Shown piece by piece: positions 39,164 through 47,092 of a stretch of DNA of 64,000 nucleotides. The first letter of the stretch is position 1. The number at the start of each line of letters is the position of its first letter. This DNA is from an uncultured Oscillospiraceae bacterium (GTDB taxonomy: Bacteria; Bacillota; Clostridia; Oscillospirales; Oscillospiraceae): assembly GCA_900759385.1 (NCBI GenBank), contig CAAEUZ010000099.1, positions 2,629 to 66,628 on the forward strand, written 5' to 3'. The notes beneath the pieces are model-generated. The model did no database searches and was not told the DNA's origin. It saw nothing but the letters and a program-made list of their open reading frames with translations. The translations under genes and the position numbers were made by a program.

Positions 39164-39179
39164 AAAATAACGTTATTTT
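39164..39179. promoter_or_regulatory. 16-bp perfect palindrome AAAATAACGTTATTTT in the AT-rich iclR/kor divergent promoter region (candidate IclR operator)
   Basis: Perfect dyad read directly from the sequence. It sits in a roughly 420-bp AT-rich intergenic region. Confidence 0.4.
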
Positions 39180-39360
39180 ATATTTAAAAATACTGGATAT
39201 AGAGTTAAGTATATGTTATATTTAATATGCAATATTTGCTTGGAGAGTAGCTTCACACCACTGAGGGCGTTGCAGCCGCCCGGAGTTTGACGTTATGGCG
39301 CACTGCTGACAGCCGTGCAGGCAGAGCATACCGGCAAATATGAAGCAGGAGGTTTTATCA

Positions 39361-39552
39361 ATGAAAGATATAAAAATAAACGAAAAATGGTGCAAAGGAT
39401 GCGGTATCTGTGCCGATTTTTGTCCCAAGCATGTGTTTGATCACATACGCTTGGGGCTCAGACCGGTGCCGGCAAGAATTGCCGACTGCATTGGCTGTGG
39501 CATGTGTGAAGTGCGTTGCCCTGATTTCGCCATAACCCTTATCAAGGAATGA
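39361..39552 (+). CDS. korD: 2-oxoacid:ferredoxin oxidoreductase delta subunit (2x[4Fe-4S] ferredoxin)
   Basis: CKGCGICADFCP and CIGCGMCEVRCP motifs. AGGAGG RBS, and the start was moved to the ATG at 39361. Confidence 0.8.
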   Translation: MKDIKINEKWCKGCGICADFCPKHVFDHIRLGLRPVPARIADCIGCGMCEVRCPDFAITLIKE

Positions 39553-39555
39553 GAG

Positions 39556-40713
39556 GTGTTCTCTTTGAAAGAAGGAAAAGTTTGCTTTGATATGGGAAAT
39601 CGTGCCATAACAGAGGGGGCCATAGCGGCTGGTGCACGATTCTATGCCGGCTATCCCATAACACCGTCCACAGAAATTGCAGAAATGTCGTCGGTACGCC
39701 TGCCACAGGTGGGCGGGACTTATATACAAATGGAGGATGAGATAGGCTCAATTGCAGCTGTTATCGGCGCATCAGCTGCCGGGTTTAAGTCCTATACTGC
39801 CACCAGCGGACCGGGCTTTTCTCTGATGCAGGAAAATATAGGCGTTGCGGTAAATGCTGAGCTCCCATGTGTCATCATAGACGTGCAGCGCTCCGGCCCC
39901 AGCACCGGTCTCGCTACAAAGGCCGCACAGGGAGATATTATGCAGGCCCGCTTCGGCACGCATGGTGACAGCGGACGCATAGCGCTGGCGCCGGCAAGTG
40001 TGCAGGAGTGCTATGACTTCACCATCGAGGCCTTTAATCTGGCGGAAAAATACCGCACGCCGGTGGTACTGCTGGCCGACAAATACATTGCCCACCTGCG
40101 CGAGAGCTTTACTATGTGGCATCCCGGGGAGGGGCAGCTCACCGAGCGCCGCCGACCCTCCTGTGCTTCGGAGGAGTACCGGCCTCACGGCTTTGAAAAG
40201 TACGCCGACGGCGTGGCGGAGCTGGCGGATTTCGGAGACGAGAAATACCTCACCCGCTTTACGTCATCTACCCATGACTCAATCGGCGAGCCATGCGGCA
40301 AAGCGGAAAACACAATTAAGTTCCTCAACCACTACGTGGACAAGATTGAAAACAACATCGATGACATAGTCCGAACCCGCTCATTTGAGATGGATGACGC
40401 CGAATACGTGATAATCGCATACGGCTGCTCGGTCCGCTCGGCGCTCGGCGCCATGGAACTCGGCCGCGAAGCGGGAAAGAAGATCGGCGTGCTGCAGATG
40501 ATTACGGTGTGGCCGTTTCCAGAGAAACTCATAGCTGAGACCTGCGCCAAGGCAAAAGCGGTGGTCGTGCCAGAGCTTAATCTGGGACAGTATGTGCGCG
40601 AGGTAAGACGCGCAAACCGCAGCTCGACTCCGGTCATACCGGTAAACCGTATAGATACGGAGATAATTACCCCGCAGCAGATTCTGGCCGCATTTGAGGA
40701 GGCAAGCAAATGA
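39556..40713 (+). CDS. korA: 2-oxoacid:ferredoxin oxidoreductase alpha subunit
   Basis: KorA/VorA/PorA-like, with ..GYPITPSTEI.. near the N-terminus. Probable GTG start. Overlaps korB. Confidence 0.85.
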   Translation: MFSLKEGKVCFDMGNRAITEGAIAAGARFYAGYPITPSTEIAEMSSVRLPQVGGTYIQMEDEIGSIAAVIGASAAGFKSYTATSGPGFSLMQENIGVAVNAELPCVIIDVQRSGPSTGLATKAAQGDIMQARFGTHGDSGRIALAPASVQECYDFTIEAFNLAEKYRTPVVLLADKYIAHLRESFTMWHPGEGQLTERRRPSCASEEYRPHGFEKYADGVAELADFGDEKYLTRFTSSTHDSIGEPCGKAENTIKFLNHYVDKIENNIDDIVRTRSFEMDDAEYVIIAYGCSVRSALGAMELGREAGKKIGVLQMITVWPFPEKLIAETCAKAKAVVVPELNLGQYVREVRRANRSSTPVIPVNRIDTEIITPQQILAAFEEASK

Positions 40714-41528
40714 GCTATCTTGACTATCTGAACACCAGACGCTTTCCCCACAAAATGTGCTCCGGATGCGGCCACGGAATGGTTATGGGCGCGGTCGCTA
40801 GAGCGCTGGAGGAGCTGGACATTGATCCCCACAAGCTTGTGGCTGTCTCCGGTATAGGCTGTGCCTCGCGGCTTGACGGCTATCTGAACTGCAACTCGTT
40901 CCACGGCACCCACGGCCGCTCACTGGCGTTCGCAACAGGGATCAAAACCGCAAAACCGGAACTCACCGTAATTTGTGCCTGCGGTGACGGTGACGGTGCA
41001 ACAATAGGCGGCAACCACCTTATACACGCGGCCAGACGCAATGTGGATATAACTGTAATTCTCATGAACAACTGCAATTATGGCACTACCGGCGGCCAGT
41101 ACTCGTCCACCACACCCGAGGGCAGCATAACTGCCACCAGTGTATACGGCCACATAGAGCGTGGGCTGGACGTCTGCTCGCTTGCCATAGCTGCGGGAGC
41201 CACTTATGTGGCGCGGGCGACCTGCGACAATGTGCTGCAGGCCAAGACATATATAGTGGAAGGCGTCCGGCACAAAGGCTTTTCTCTTATAGAAGTCCTC
41301 TCACCGTGCCCAACACACTTTGGGAAAAACAACTCTTATGCCAGGCCCTCAGATATGATACGGGCACTGAAAGAGGTGACCTATCCTGTGTCTAGGGCTG
41401 ACAGTATGAGTGATGAGGAGCGGAAGGGAAAGCTGGCGCTTGGACGTCTCGTGTGCGATGATACGCAGCAGGACTACAGCACCAAATACGACGCCCTGCG
41501 CAACTTGGCGTGCAAGGAGGAGAATTAA
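40710..41528 (+). CDS. korB: 2-oxoacid:ferredoxin oxidoreductase beta subunit (TPP-binding)
   Basis: CSGCGHG near the N-terminus and a GDGD..N TPP motif (CACGDGDGATIGGNH...NNCNYGTTGGQ). Confidence 0.85.
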   Translation: MSYLDYLNTRRFPHKMCSGCGHGMVMGAVARALEELDIDPHKLVAVSGIGCASRLDGYLNCNSFHGTHGRSLAFATGIKTAKPELTVICACGDGDGATIGGNHLIHAARRNVDITVILMNNCNYGTTGGQYSSTTPEGSITATSVYGHIERGLDVCSLAIAAGATYVARATCDNVLQAKTYIVEGVRHKGFSLIEVLSPCPTHFGKNNSYARPSDMIRALKEVTYPVSRADSMSDEERKGKLALGRLVCDDTQQDYSTKYDALRNLACKEEN

Positions 41529-42077
41529 ATGGCCAAGAAACAAATTATACTTGCAGGCGTCGGAGGCCAGGGTCTGGTATCGGCTGGAGGGATGCTGGCT
41601 GAAGCTGCAGCCATATATGAACGCAATGAGGCGCTTATGGGCTGCGCTTACGGTTCGGAGGCGCGTGGTACGTTCACCAAGGCAGAGGTGATAATTGACG
41701 ACAAACGTATCTTTTTCCCGGAGGTACAGCAGCCGGACATCGTGGCGGTACTTCACCAGACGGCATATGACCGCTATGCGGGCAAACTGCCCGAAACTGC
41801 ACTGCTGGTTTACGACAGTGATGTTATCACCCCTTCCGTCGAGCAGGAGAACCAGCTCGGGGTGCCCATGTCGGCGCTTGCGGACGCAGCCGGAGCGCCC
41901 GGAAGGACCAATATGGTCGTGCTCGGCATGATTTCGGCTATGGACGGAATAGTCGGACGTGAGCCGCTTGAGAAGCTGATTACCAAAAAGTTTGAATCCA
42001 AACCGAAACTGGTTGAAATGAATATCAGCGCACTCAACGCCGGCTATAAATACGCTGCAAAGGCAAGCGAACAATAG
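41529..42077 (+). CDS. korC: 2-oxoacid:ferredoxin oxidoreductase gamma subunit
   Basis: Begins ILAGVGGQG. 182 aa, typical of the gamma subunit. Confidence 0.8.
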   Translation: MAKKQIILAGVGGQGLVSAGGMLAEAAAIYERNEALMGCAYGSEARGTFTKAEVIIDDKRIFFPEVQQPDIVAVLHQTAYDRYAGKLPETALLVYDSDVITPSVEQENQLGVPMSALADAAGAPGRTNMVVLGMISAMDGIVGREPLEKLITKKFESKPKLVEMNISALNAGYKYAAKASEQ

Positions 42078-42112
42078 GATATACAGGAGAGACTTGAGAA
42101 AGGAGACAGAAG

Positions 42113-43108
42113 ATGGGGAAGATACTCGTTTGCGGCAGCCTGGAAAGCGAGACGCTGGAATATCTCCGCGCCAACGCCGACGTAACGGTCGCGCCCGATA
42201 ACAGCAAGGAGACGGTAATAGACCTGCTCCGGCAGGGTATGGAGGCCATAATACTCCGTGGGTATCACATAACGGATGAGATTATTGAGTCTGCACCGTC
42301 TCTGAAGGTTATCGCCAGGGTTGCGGCTGGGTACAACGAAATAAATTTGGACCTGTGTGCGAAGAAGAAAATATTTGTCTGCAACTCTCCCGGAGGCAAT
42401 GCAAATGCCACAGCCGAGATGACGATAGGCTTCTTCTTCGCTTTGGGCAGGCAGATTATACCCATGCACAACGATTATGTGCGCGGCCGCTTCAATACTC
42501 CGGGCAAGACCGTTCTGGACCAGAAAAAAGCCTACGGATATATGGGTCATGAGCTGTGCGGCGCTACCTGCGGCGTCCTTGGATACGGTCGTATAGGCAA
42601 GCTTGTGGTGAAAAAGGCTATCGGCCTTGATATGAGGGTGCTGGTATACGACCCGTTCCTGTTCGGAAAAACGGAACTACCCGAGGGCGCTGCGTGGGGG
42701 GAGACGCTGGAAGGCATGCTGCCGGAATGTGACTTTATATCCCTGAACCTGCCGGCCACCAAGGACACAAAGGGAATGATAAACAGGCGAACACTCAGCC
42801 TCATGAAGCCTACGGCCTATCTTGTTAATGAGGCTCGCGGCGACATTATAGTGGAAGAGGACATGGCCTGGGCTCTGAACAATGACATAATAGCCGGTGC
42901 GGCACTTGACTGCAACGAGCCGGAGCCGCTCCCGTTCGGACATGTTTACAGGGCCTGCAAAAACGTTATTCTTACCCCGCATATAGGCGGATACACAGCG
43001 GAGGCTCACGTCAATTTGGAAATGACGTCAGCAAAGAGCGCCGTGGAGGCTCTTAGGGGTGAAATACCATCTAACTGTGTGAACCTTAAAGAGCTTGGCC
43101 TCGCGTGA
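42113..43108 (+). CDS. D-isomer-specific 2-hydroxyacid dehydrogenase (NAD-dependent)
   Basis: GVLGYGRIGK Rossmann motif and catalytic Arg/Glu/His pattern (..NEARGDI..TPHIGGYT..). AAGGAGA RBS. Confidence 0.85.
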   Translation: MGKILVCGSLESETLEYLRANADVTVAPDNSKETVIDLLRQGMEAIILRGYHITDEIIESAPSLKVIARVAAGYNEINLDLCAKKKIFVCNSPGGNANATAEMTIGFFFALGRQIIPMHNDYVRGRFNTPGKTVLDQKKAYGYMGHELCGATCGVLGYGRIGKLVVKKAIGLDMRVLVYDPFLFGKTELPEGAAWGETLEGMLPECDFISLNLPATKDTKGMINRRTLSLMKPTAYLVNEARGDIIVEEDMAWALNNDIIAGAALDCNEPEPLPFGHVYRACKNVILTPHIGGYTAEAHVNLEMTSAKSAVEALRGEIPSNCVNLKELGLA

Positions 43109-43132
43109 AGAAAACAGAAAGGGGGAAATAAG

Positions 43133-44488
43133 ATGCCGTTTGAAGTCTGGTATTTTGTGGCTATAATAGCCGTCTGCCTGGTCTGGTTTGTCATTGTGCG
43201 TCGTCCCATGTACGAGGCGCTTGCAATATCTTTCATCGTATGCCTGGCCATATCCGGTACCTGGTCGGAGACTATTGCGTTTATGGTTGACGGCGCCAGT
43301 CAGTCCATACTGTACACTATCCTGTGCTTCCTGATTTTTGCCCAGATACTCAAGGAAACCGGAGTTATATCCAAGATAGTAAATATTATTATAGCTCTTG
43401 TCGGACGTCTGTCCGGCGGCGCGGGGATCGTCTGCCTTGCAGCGTCAACCTTTATGGCGTTTGTAGCCGGTACCGGACCGGGCAACGTGACCGCGACAGG
43501 CAGCATCACCATACCGCTGATGAAGAGAGCTGGCTACAAGCCGGAGTTTGCAGCCTCTGTAGGTGCAGCATGCGGCGGACTGGGTCCCATTGTCCCGCCC
43601 AGTTCCAGCATAGCAGTGTCTTTTGCCTGCCTGGTAAGTGCAGCCGGCGAAGGTGCATATACATCCTCACAGCTCTGGACGGTGTCCTACGGCATTGCTC
43701 TTTGGTTCATACTGCACCGTTTCATACAGATTATGATTATGTGTAAAATCTATAAGGTCAAGCCTCTGGACAAGTCAGAGCTGCCCGACCTGAAGACTGC
43801 ATGGAAAGAGGGCTGGAGTGCCTGCATGCTGATTCTCGTTGTCATGGTACCGTTCCTTATAGACAACACCTGCGACGCCCTGCTTGTACGCCTGCTGGGT
43901 GAAACGGCGAGAGGAAACCTGTCCAGTGCCCTGCTGGCCATGACCCCGGCTTACGCCGGCGCCTATGCGCTTATAGTTGGCCGCAAGAGCTTCAAGGTCA
44001 GCGCCAAAAACCTCGGGAACATGGTCCAGAAGACGGTCAAGAGTCTGGCGCCCATGGCAATGCTGCTCTGGATGGCCTACTCCATAGGAGCCTTGCTTGA
44101 CTACATAGATTGCGGCACGCCCATATGTGAGTGGATTATGAGCTTTAACCTCTCGTATTTCGGTGCTACAATATTTATAATTGTCCTGGTGCTTATACTC
44201 ACCATGTCTCTCTCGCCCAACGCGGTCATGCCGCTCTTTGGGCCCATGATAATCACAATATTCATGAACTACGGTGTAAATCCGCTTATTCCGGCAGCCA
44301 TGCTCATACCGCTTTTCCACGGACTTGGACAGGTTACAATCCCGTATGCGACTGTCTTGTATCCAGCAATGGGACTGGCGGACTCAGACTTCGGCAAAAC
44401 CGTGGTGCAAATGGCGTGGTGGGTGCTTGGCCACTGCATTGTATGTGCACTGCTTTTGTTAGGCATACTTCCGGTGCTGTTTATGTGA
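43133..44488 (+). CDS. DctM-like (TRAP large-permease family) secondary transporter, copy 2
   Basis: LVGRLSGGAGIVCLAASTFMAFVAGTGPGNVTATGSITIPLMKRAGY...GPIVPPS. Paralogue of copy 1. Confidence 0.75.
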   Translation: MPFEVWYFVAIIAVCLVWFVIVRRPMYEALAISFIVCLAISGTWSETIAFMVDGASQSILYTILCFLIFAQILKETGVISKIVNIIIALVGRLSGGAGIVCLAASTFMAFVAGTGPGNVTATGSITIPLMKRAGYKPEFAASVGAACGGLGPIVPPSSSIAVSFACLVSAAGEGAYTSSQLWTVSYGIALWFILHRFIQIMIMCKIYKVKPLDKSELPDLKTAWKEGWSACMLILVVMVPFLIDNTCDALLVRLLGETARGNLSSALLAMTPAYAGAYALIVGRKSFKVSAKNLGNMVQKTVKSLAPMAMLLWMAYSIGALLDYIDCGTPICEWIMSFNLSYFGATIFIIVLVLILTMSLSPNAVMPLFGPMIITIFMNYGVNPLIPAAMLIPLFHGLGQVTIPYATVLYPAMGLADSDFGKTVVQMAWWVLGHCIVCALLLLGILPVLFM

Positions 44489-44517
44489 CGGCTTGAGAAA
44501 GGTTATGAGGTGAAAAT

Positions 44518-44793
44518 ATGAAAGCCAAAATAGCAAAGCTCTGCAATGTCGTTTTCGGTTACGGGATGCTAATAGCCATGTTTGTTGCGTTTATACTCTT
44601 TGTGGGCTTCGTGGCAGCTTTTTTTATAGGAGAGGACGCTGCGGCAGCGCTGACCACCTTCCTGTACAAAACGCTCTTGCCCAAGACATATGTGCTCGCT
44701 GTAATTGCCAGCTTTTTCGGCATAGTAGGAATGTACCTGCGCGGAGAGAAGGCGATGCTTATGAGCAAAAAGCCGAAGAACAAGGCAAAGTGA
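44518..44793 (+). CDS. Small 2-TM membrane protein with Lys-rich tail (paralogue of 31161-31469)
   Basis: GAGGTG RBS and the ..GIVGMYLRGEKA.. motif shared with the first small protein. Confidence 0.5.
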   Translation: MKAKIAKLCNVVFGYGMLIAMFVAFILFVGFVAAFFIGEDAAAALTTFLYKTLLPKTYVLAVIASFFGIVGMYLRGEKAMLMSKKPKNKAK

Positions 44794-44844
44794 CAGGCGC
44801 CATCCGGCCTCAAAACGAGGCCGGACGTTTAAGGAGAGAATAGC

Positions 44845-46206
44845 ATGCCAACTCAGCTTTGGAATTTTCTAATATTAATAGGCATAGTTGTCATAGTCTT
44901 TGCGATTTTCAAAAGGCCGCTCTATGAAGCAATGCTGCTGTCCTTTGTCTGCCTGCTGGCATCAACGGGAATGTGGAACGAAGCGCCGCATTACCTCCTC
45001 AGCTCTGCCCAGAACTCACTTCTTTTCACCATTGTAATGTTCCTCGTGTTCTCTTCGATCCTTAAAGAGACCGGTGTTATACAGGACTGCATAGATATCA
45101 TAATGGCGCTGGTTGGAAGGATACCGGGAGGGGCGGGCGTTGTAGCAATAGTGTCCAGCGCGTTCATGGGCGCAATGAGTGGTTCGGGTCCGGGCAATGT
45201 GGCAGCAACTGGCAGTGTGACCATACCTCTGATGAAGAAGGCGGGATATCCGGCGGAATTCGCAGCCGGCATAGCGATGTCCGGCAGCTGCCTCGGGCCG
45301 GTTATACCACCGTCGGCCACAATTATAGCAGCTTTTTCCTGCCTGAGTGTAGTGGACGGCCTCGAGAGCTTCCAGTTTTCGAGCTTCTGGATGGTGATGT
45401 ACAGCGTCTCACTGGTATTTATTCTGCACAGGCTCATTCAGTTCTACATCATGTATGCAGCGCTGGGAATAAAACGTGCGGACGCCAGCGAGCTGCCCGG
45501 CCTCAAGGAATCCTGGAGACGGGGCTGGCCCAGCTTCCTGCTTGTGGTTGTAATCATGCTGCCCTTTGCGCTCGACAACTTCTTCGGTGACTGGTTCGCC
45601 AGCGTGATTGGCGATACTGCGGCGGACTATCTGTCAGACAGCGTGCTTGTTTTTACACCTGCCATAGCCTCGGCATACAGCCTGCTGGTAAGCCACAAGC
45701 GCCGCCGCCGTTCACTGGGAGAATTGGCAAAGGCCGTGTCGTCCGATATGAAGTCTATAGTTTCCATGTGCATGGTGCTGTTCTTTGCATATGCCATAAG
45801 CGAACTGCTGACGGACTGCGGAACCATCACTGCCGCCGAAGAGTTCCTGGACTCGCTCAACCTAAGCTTCGGTGGGATGACATTTGTGTTGCTGGTGGTA
45901 ATGACCATACTCGGTATGTTTATGAGCGGTACCTCCCTCATCCCTCTGCTCGGACCGGTCTATGTATCCATACTGTCCGGGTATGGGGCAGATCCCATCG
46001 TCATAGCAGCCATAATACCGGTGCTGTTTGTCTCGCTGGGCCAGATGACGCCGCCATTCGCGCTGGCCATGATGGCCGCTATGGGTATAGCACAGTCCGA
46101 TTTCCGCAAGACGTCTGTACACGCTATAATCTGGAGTGTTGTCCAGTTCATACTTGTATATCTGATAATCATAGGGGTTATACCAATTTCCATACCTCAG
46201 TGGTAA
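44845..46206 (+). CDS. DctM-like (TRAP large-permease family) secondary transporter, copy 3
   Basis: LVGRIPGGAGVVAIVSSAFMGAMSGSGPGNVAATGSVTIPLMKKAGY...GPVIPPS. Confidence 0.75.
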   Translation: MPTQLWNFLILIGIVVIVFAIFKRPLYEAMLLSFVCLLASTGMWNEAPHYLLSSAQNSLLFTIVMFLVFSSILKETGVIQDCIDIIMALVGRIPGGAGVVAIVSSAFMGAMSGSGPGNVAATGSVTIPLMKKAGYPAEFAAGIAMSGSCLGPVIPPSATIIAAFSCLSVVDGLESFQFSSFWMVMYSVSLVFILHRLIQFYIMYAALGIKRADASELPGLKESWRRGWPSFLLVVVIMLPFALDNFFGDWFASVIGDTAADYLSDSVLVFTPAIASAYSLLVSHKRRRRSLGELAKAVSSDMKSIVSMCMVLFFAYAISELLTDCGTITAAEEFLDSLNLSFGGMTFVLLVVMTILGMFMSGTSLIPLLGPVYVSILSGYGADPIVIAAIIPVLFVSLGQMTPPFALAMMAAMGIAQSDFRKTSVHAIIWSVVQFILVYLIIIGVIPISIPQW

Positions 46207-46222
46207 GCGGAATTAATAAACC

Positions 46223-46273
46223 AAACAGCAGGGGGGCCGACTCCGGACAGACACGGGCTTCCTGCTGTTTTTA
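46223..46273 (+). terminator. Terminator-like hairpin at the right edge of the low-GC island
   Basis: AAACAGCAGG...CCTGCTGTTT with a long loop followed by TT. The loop is unusually long, so strength is uncertain. Confidence 0.4.
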
Positions 46274-46390
46274 TCTGTTCTCTCTGGCACGGGATCAGAG
46301 TCATCTGCGGAGCTTACATTTACCTTAAATAACATTCGGATGCGTTTATTTGCGGGGATATATCTGCTATAATGTGCCCGGTGATGAAAA

Positions 46391-47092
46391 ATGGAGGGCA
46401 ACAGGCACAGGCGTATATTAATAGTTGACGACGAGGCGGCCATCTGTGAGCTGCTGGAGTCCGTGCTGGCCGGGGCGGGGTATGAGGCCGTGCGCTCTGA
46501 GCACAGCTGCGCGGCGGCAATCGGGGCCGCGCGAGAGTGGGACCCGGAGCTGGCCATCCTGGACGTGATGCTCCCGGACGGCGACGGGTTTGCGCTGCTG
46601 CGCACCCTGCGCGGCATATCGGACATACCGGTGCTCTTCCTCACGGCGCGCGGCGAGGACGCGGACCGGCTGACTGGGCTCGGCCTGGGTGCGGACGACT
46701 ATGTGGTCAAGCCGTTCCTGCCGGCCGAGCTGCTGCTGAGGGTGGGCATAATCCTGCGCCGGTATTACAGGGAGGAAGCTCCGGCGGTGCGCCTGGCCGC
46801 CTGCGAGGTGGACTTCAGCCGCGCCGAGGTAGTGCGCCGCGACGGGCATCGTCTGCCCCTGACGGCCAAGGAGTTCGGCATACTGCGCGCCCTGGCCGAG
46901 CGCGCGGGGCGCATCGTGACCATAGACCAGCTCTGCGAGGCCGCCTGGGGCGACAACCCCTTCGGCTATGAGAACTCGCTCATGGCGCACATACGCCGTA
47001 TCCGGGAGAAGATAGAGGCCGACCCCTCTCACCCCGTGAGCCTGGTGACGGTAAAGGGCCTGGGTTACAAGCTGATAACGGAGGGCCGCTGA
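46391..47092 (+). CDS. OmpR-family response regulator
   Basis: Receiver domain (ILIVDDE..D..LPDGDG..K) and a winged-helix output domain (..LVTVKGLGYKL). Confidence 0.9.
   Translation: MEGNRHRRILIVDDEAAICELLESVLAGAGYEAVRSEHSCAAAIGAAREWDPELAILDVMLPDGDGFALLRTLRGISDIPVLFLTARGEDADRLTGLGLGADDYVVKPFLPAELLLRVGIILRRYYREEAPAVRLAACEVDFSRAEVVRRDGHRLPLTAKEFGILRALAERAGRIVTIDQLCEAAWGDNPFGYENSLMAHIRRIREKIEADPSHPVSLVTVKGLGYKLITEGR

Noticed and set aside
46210-46390. Island right boundary as an attachment site or mobile-element end
   Set aside because: I could find only an 8-bp GGACAGAC match with the left boundary. There are no longer direct or inverted repeats and no recombinase, so this is insufficient to call a mobile element.
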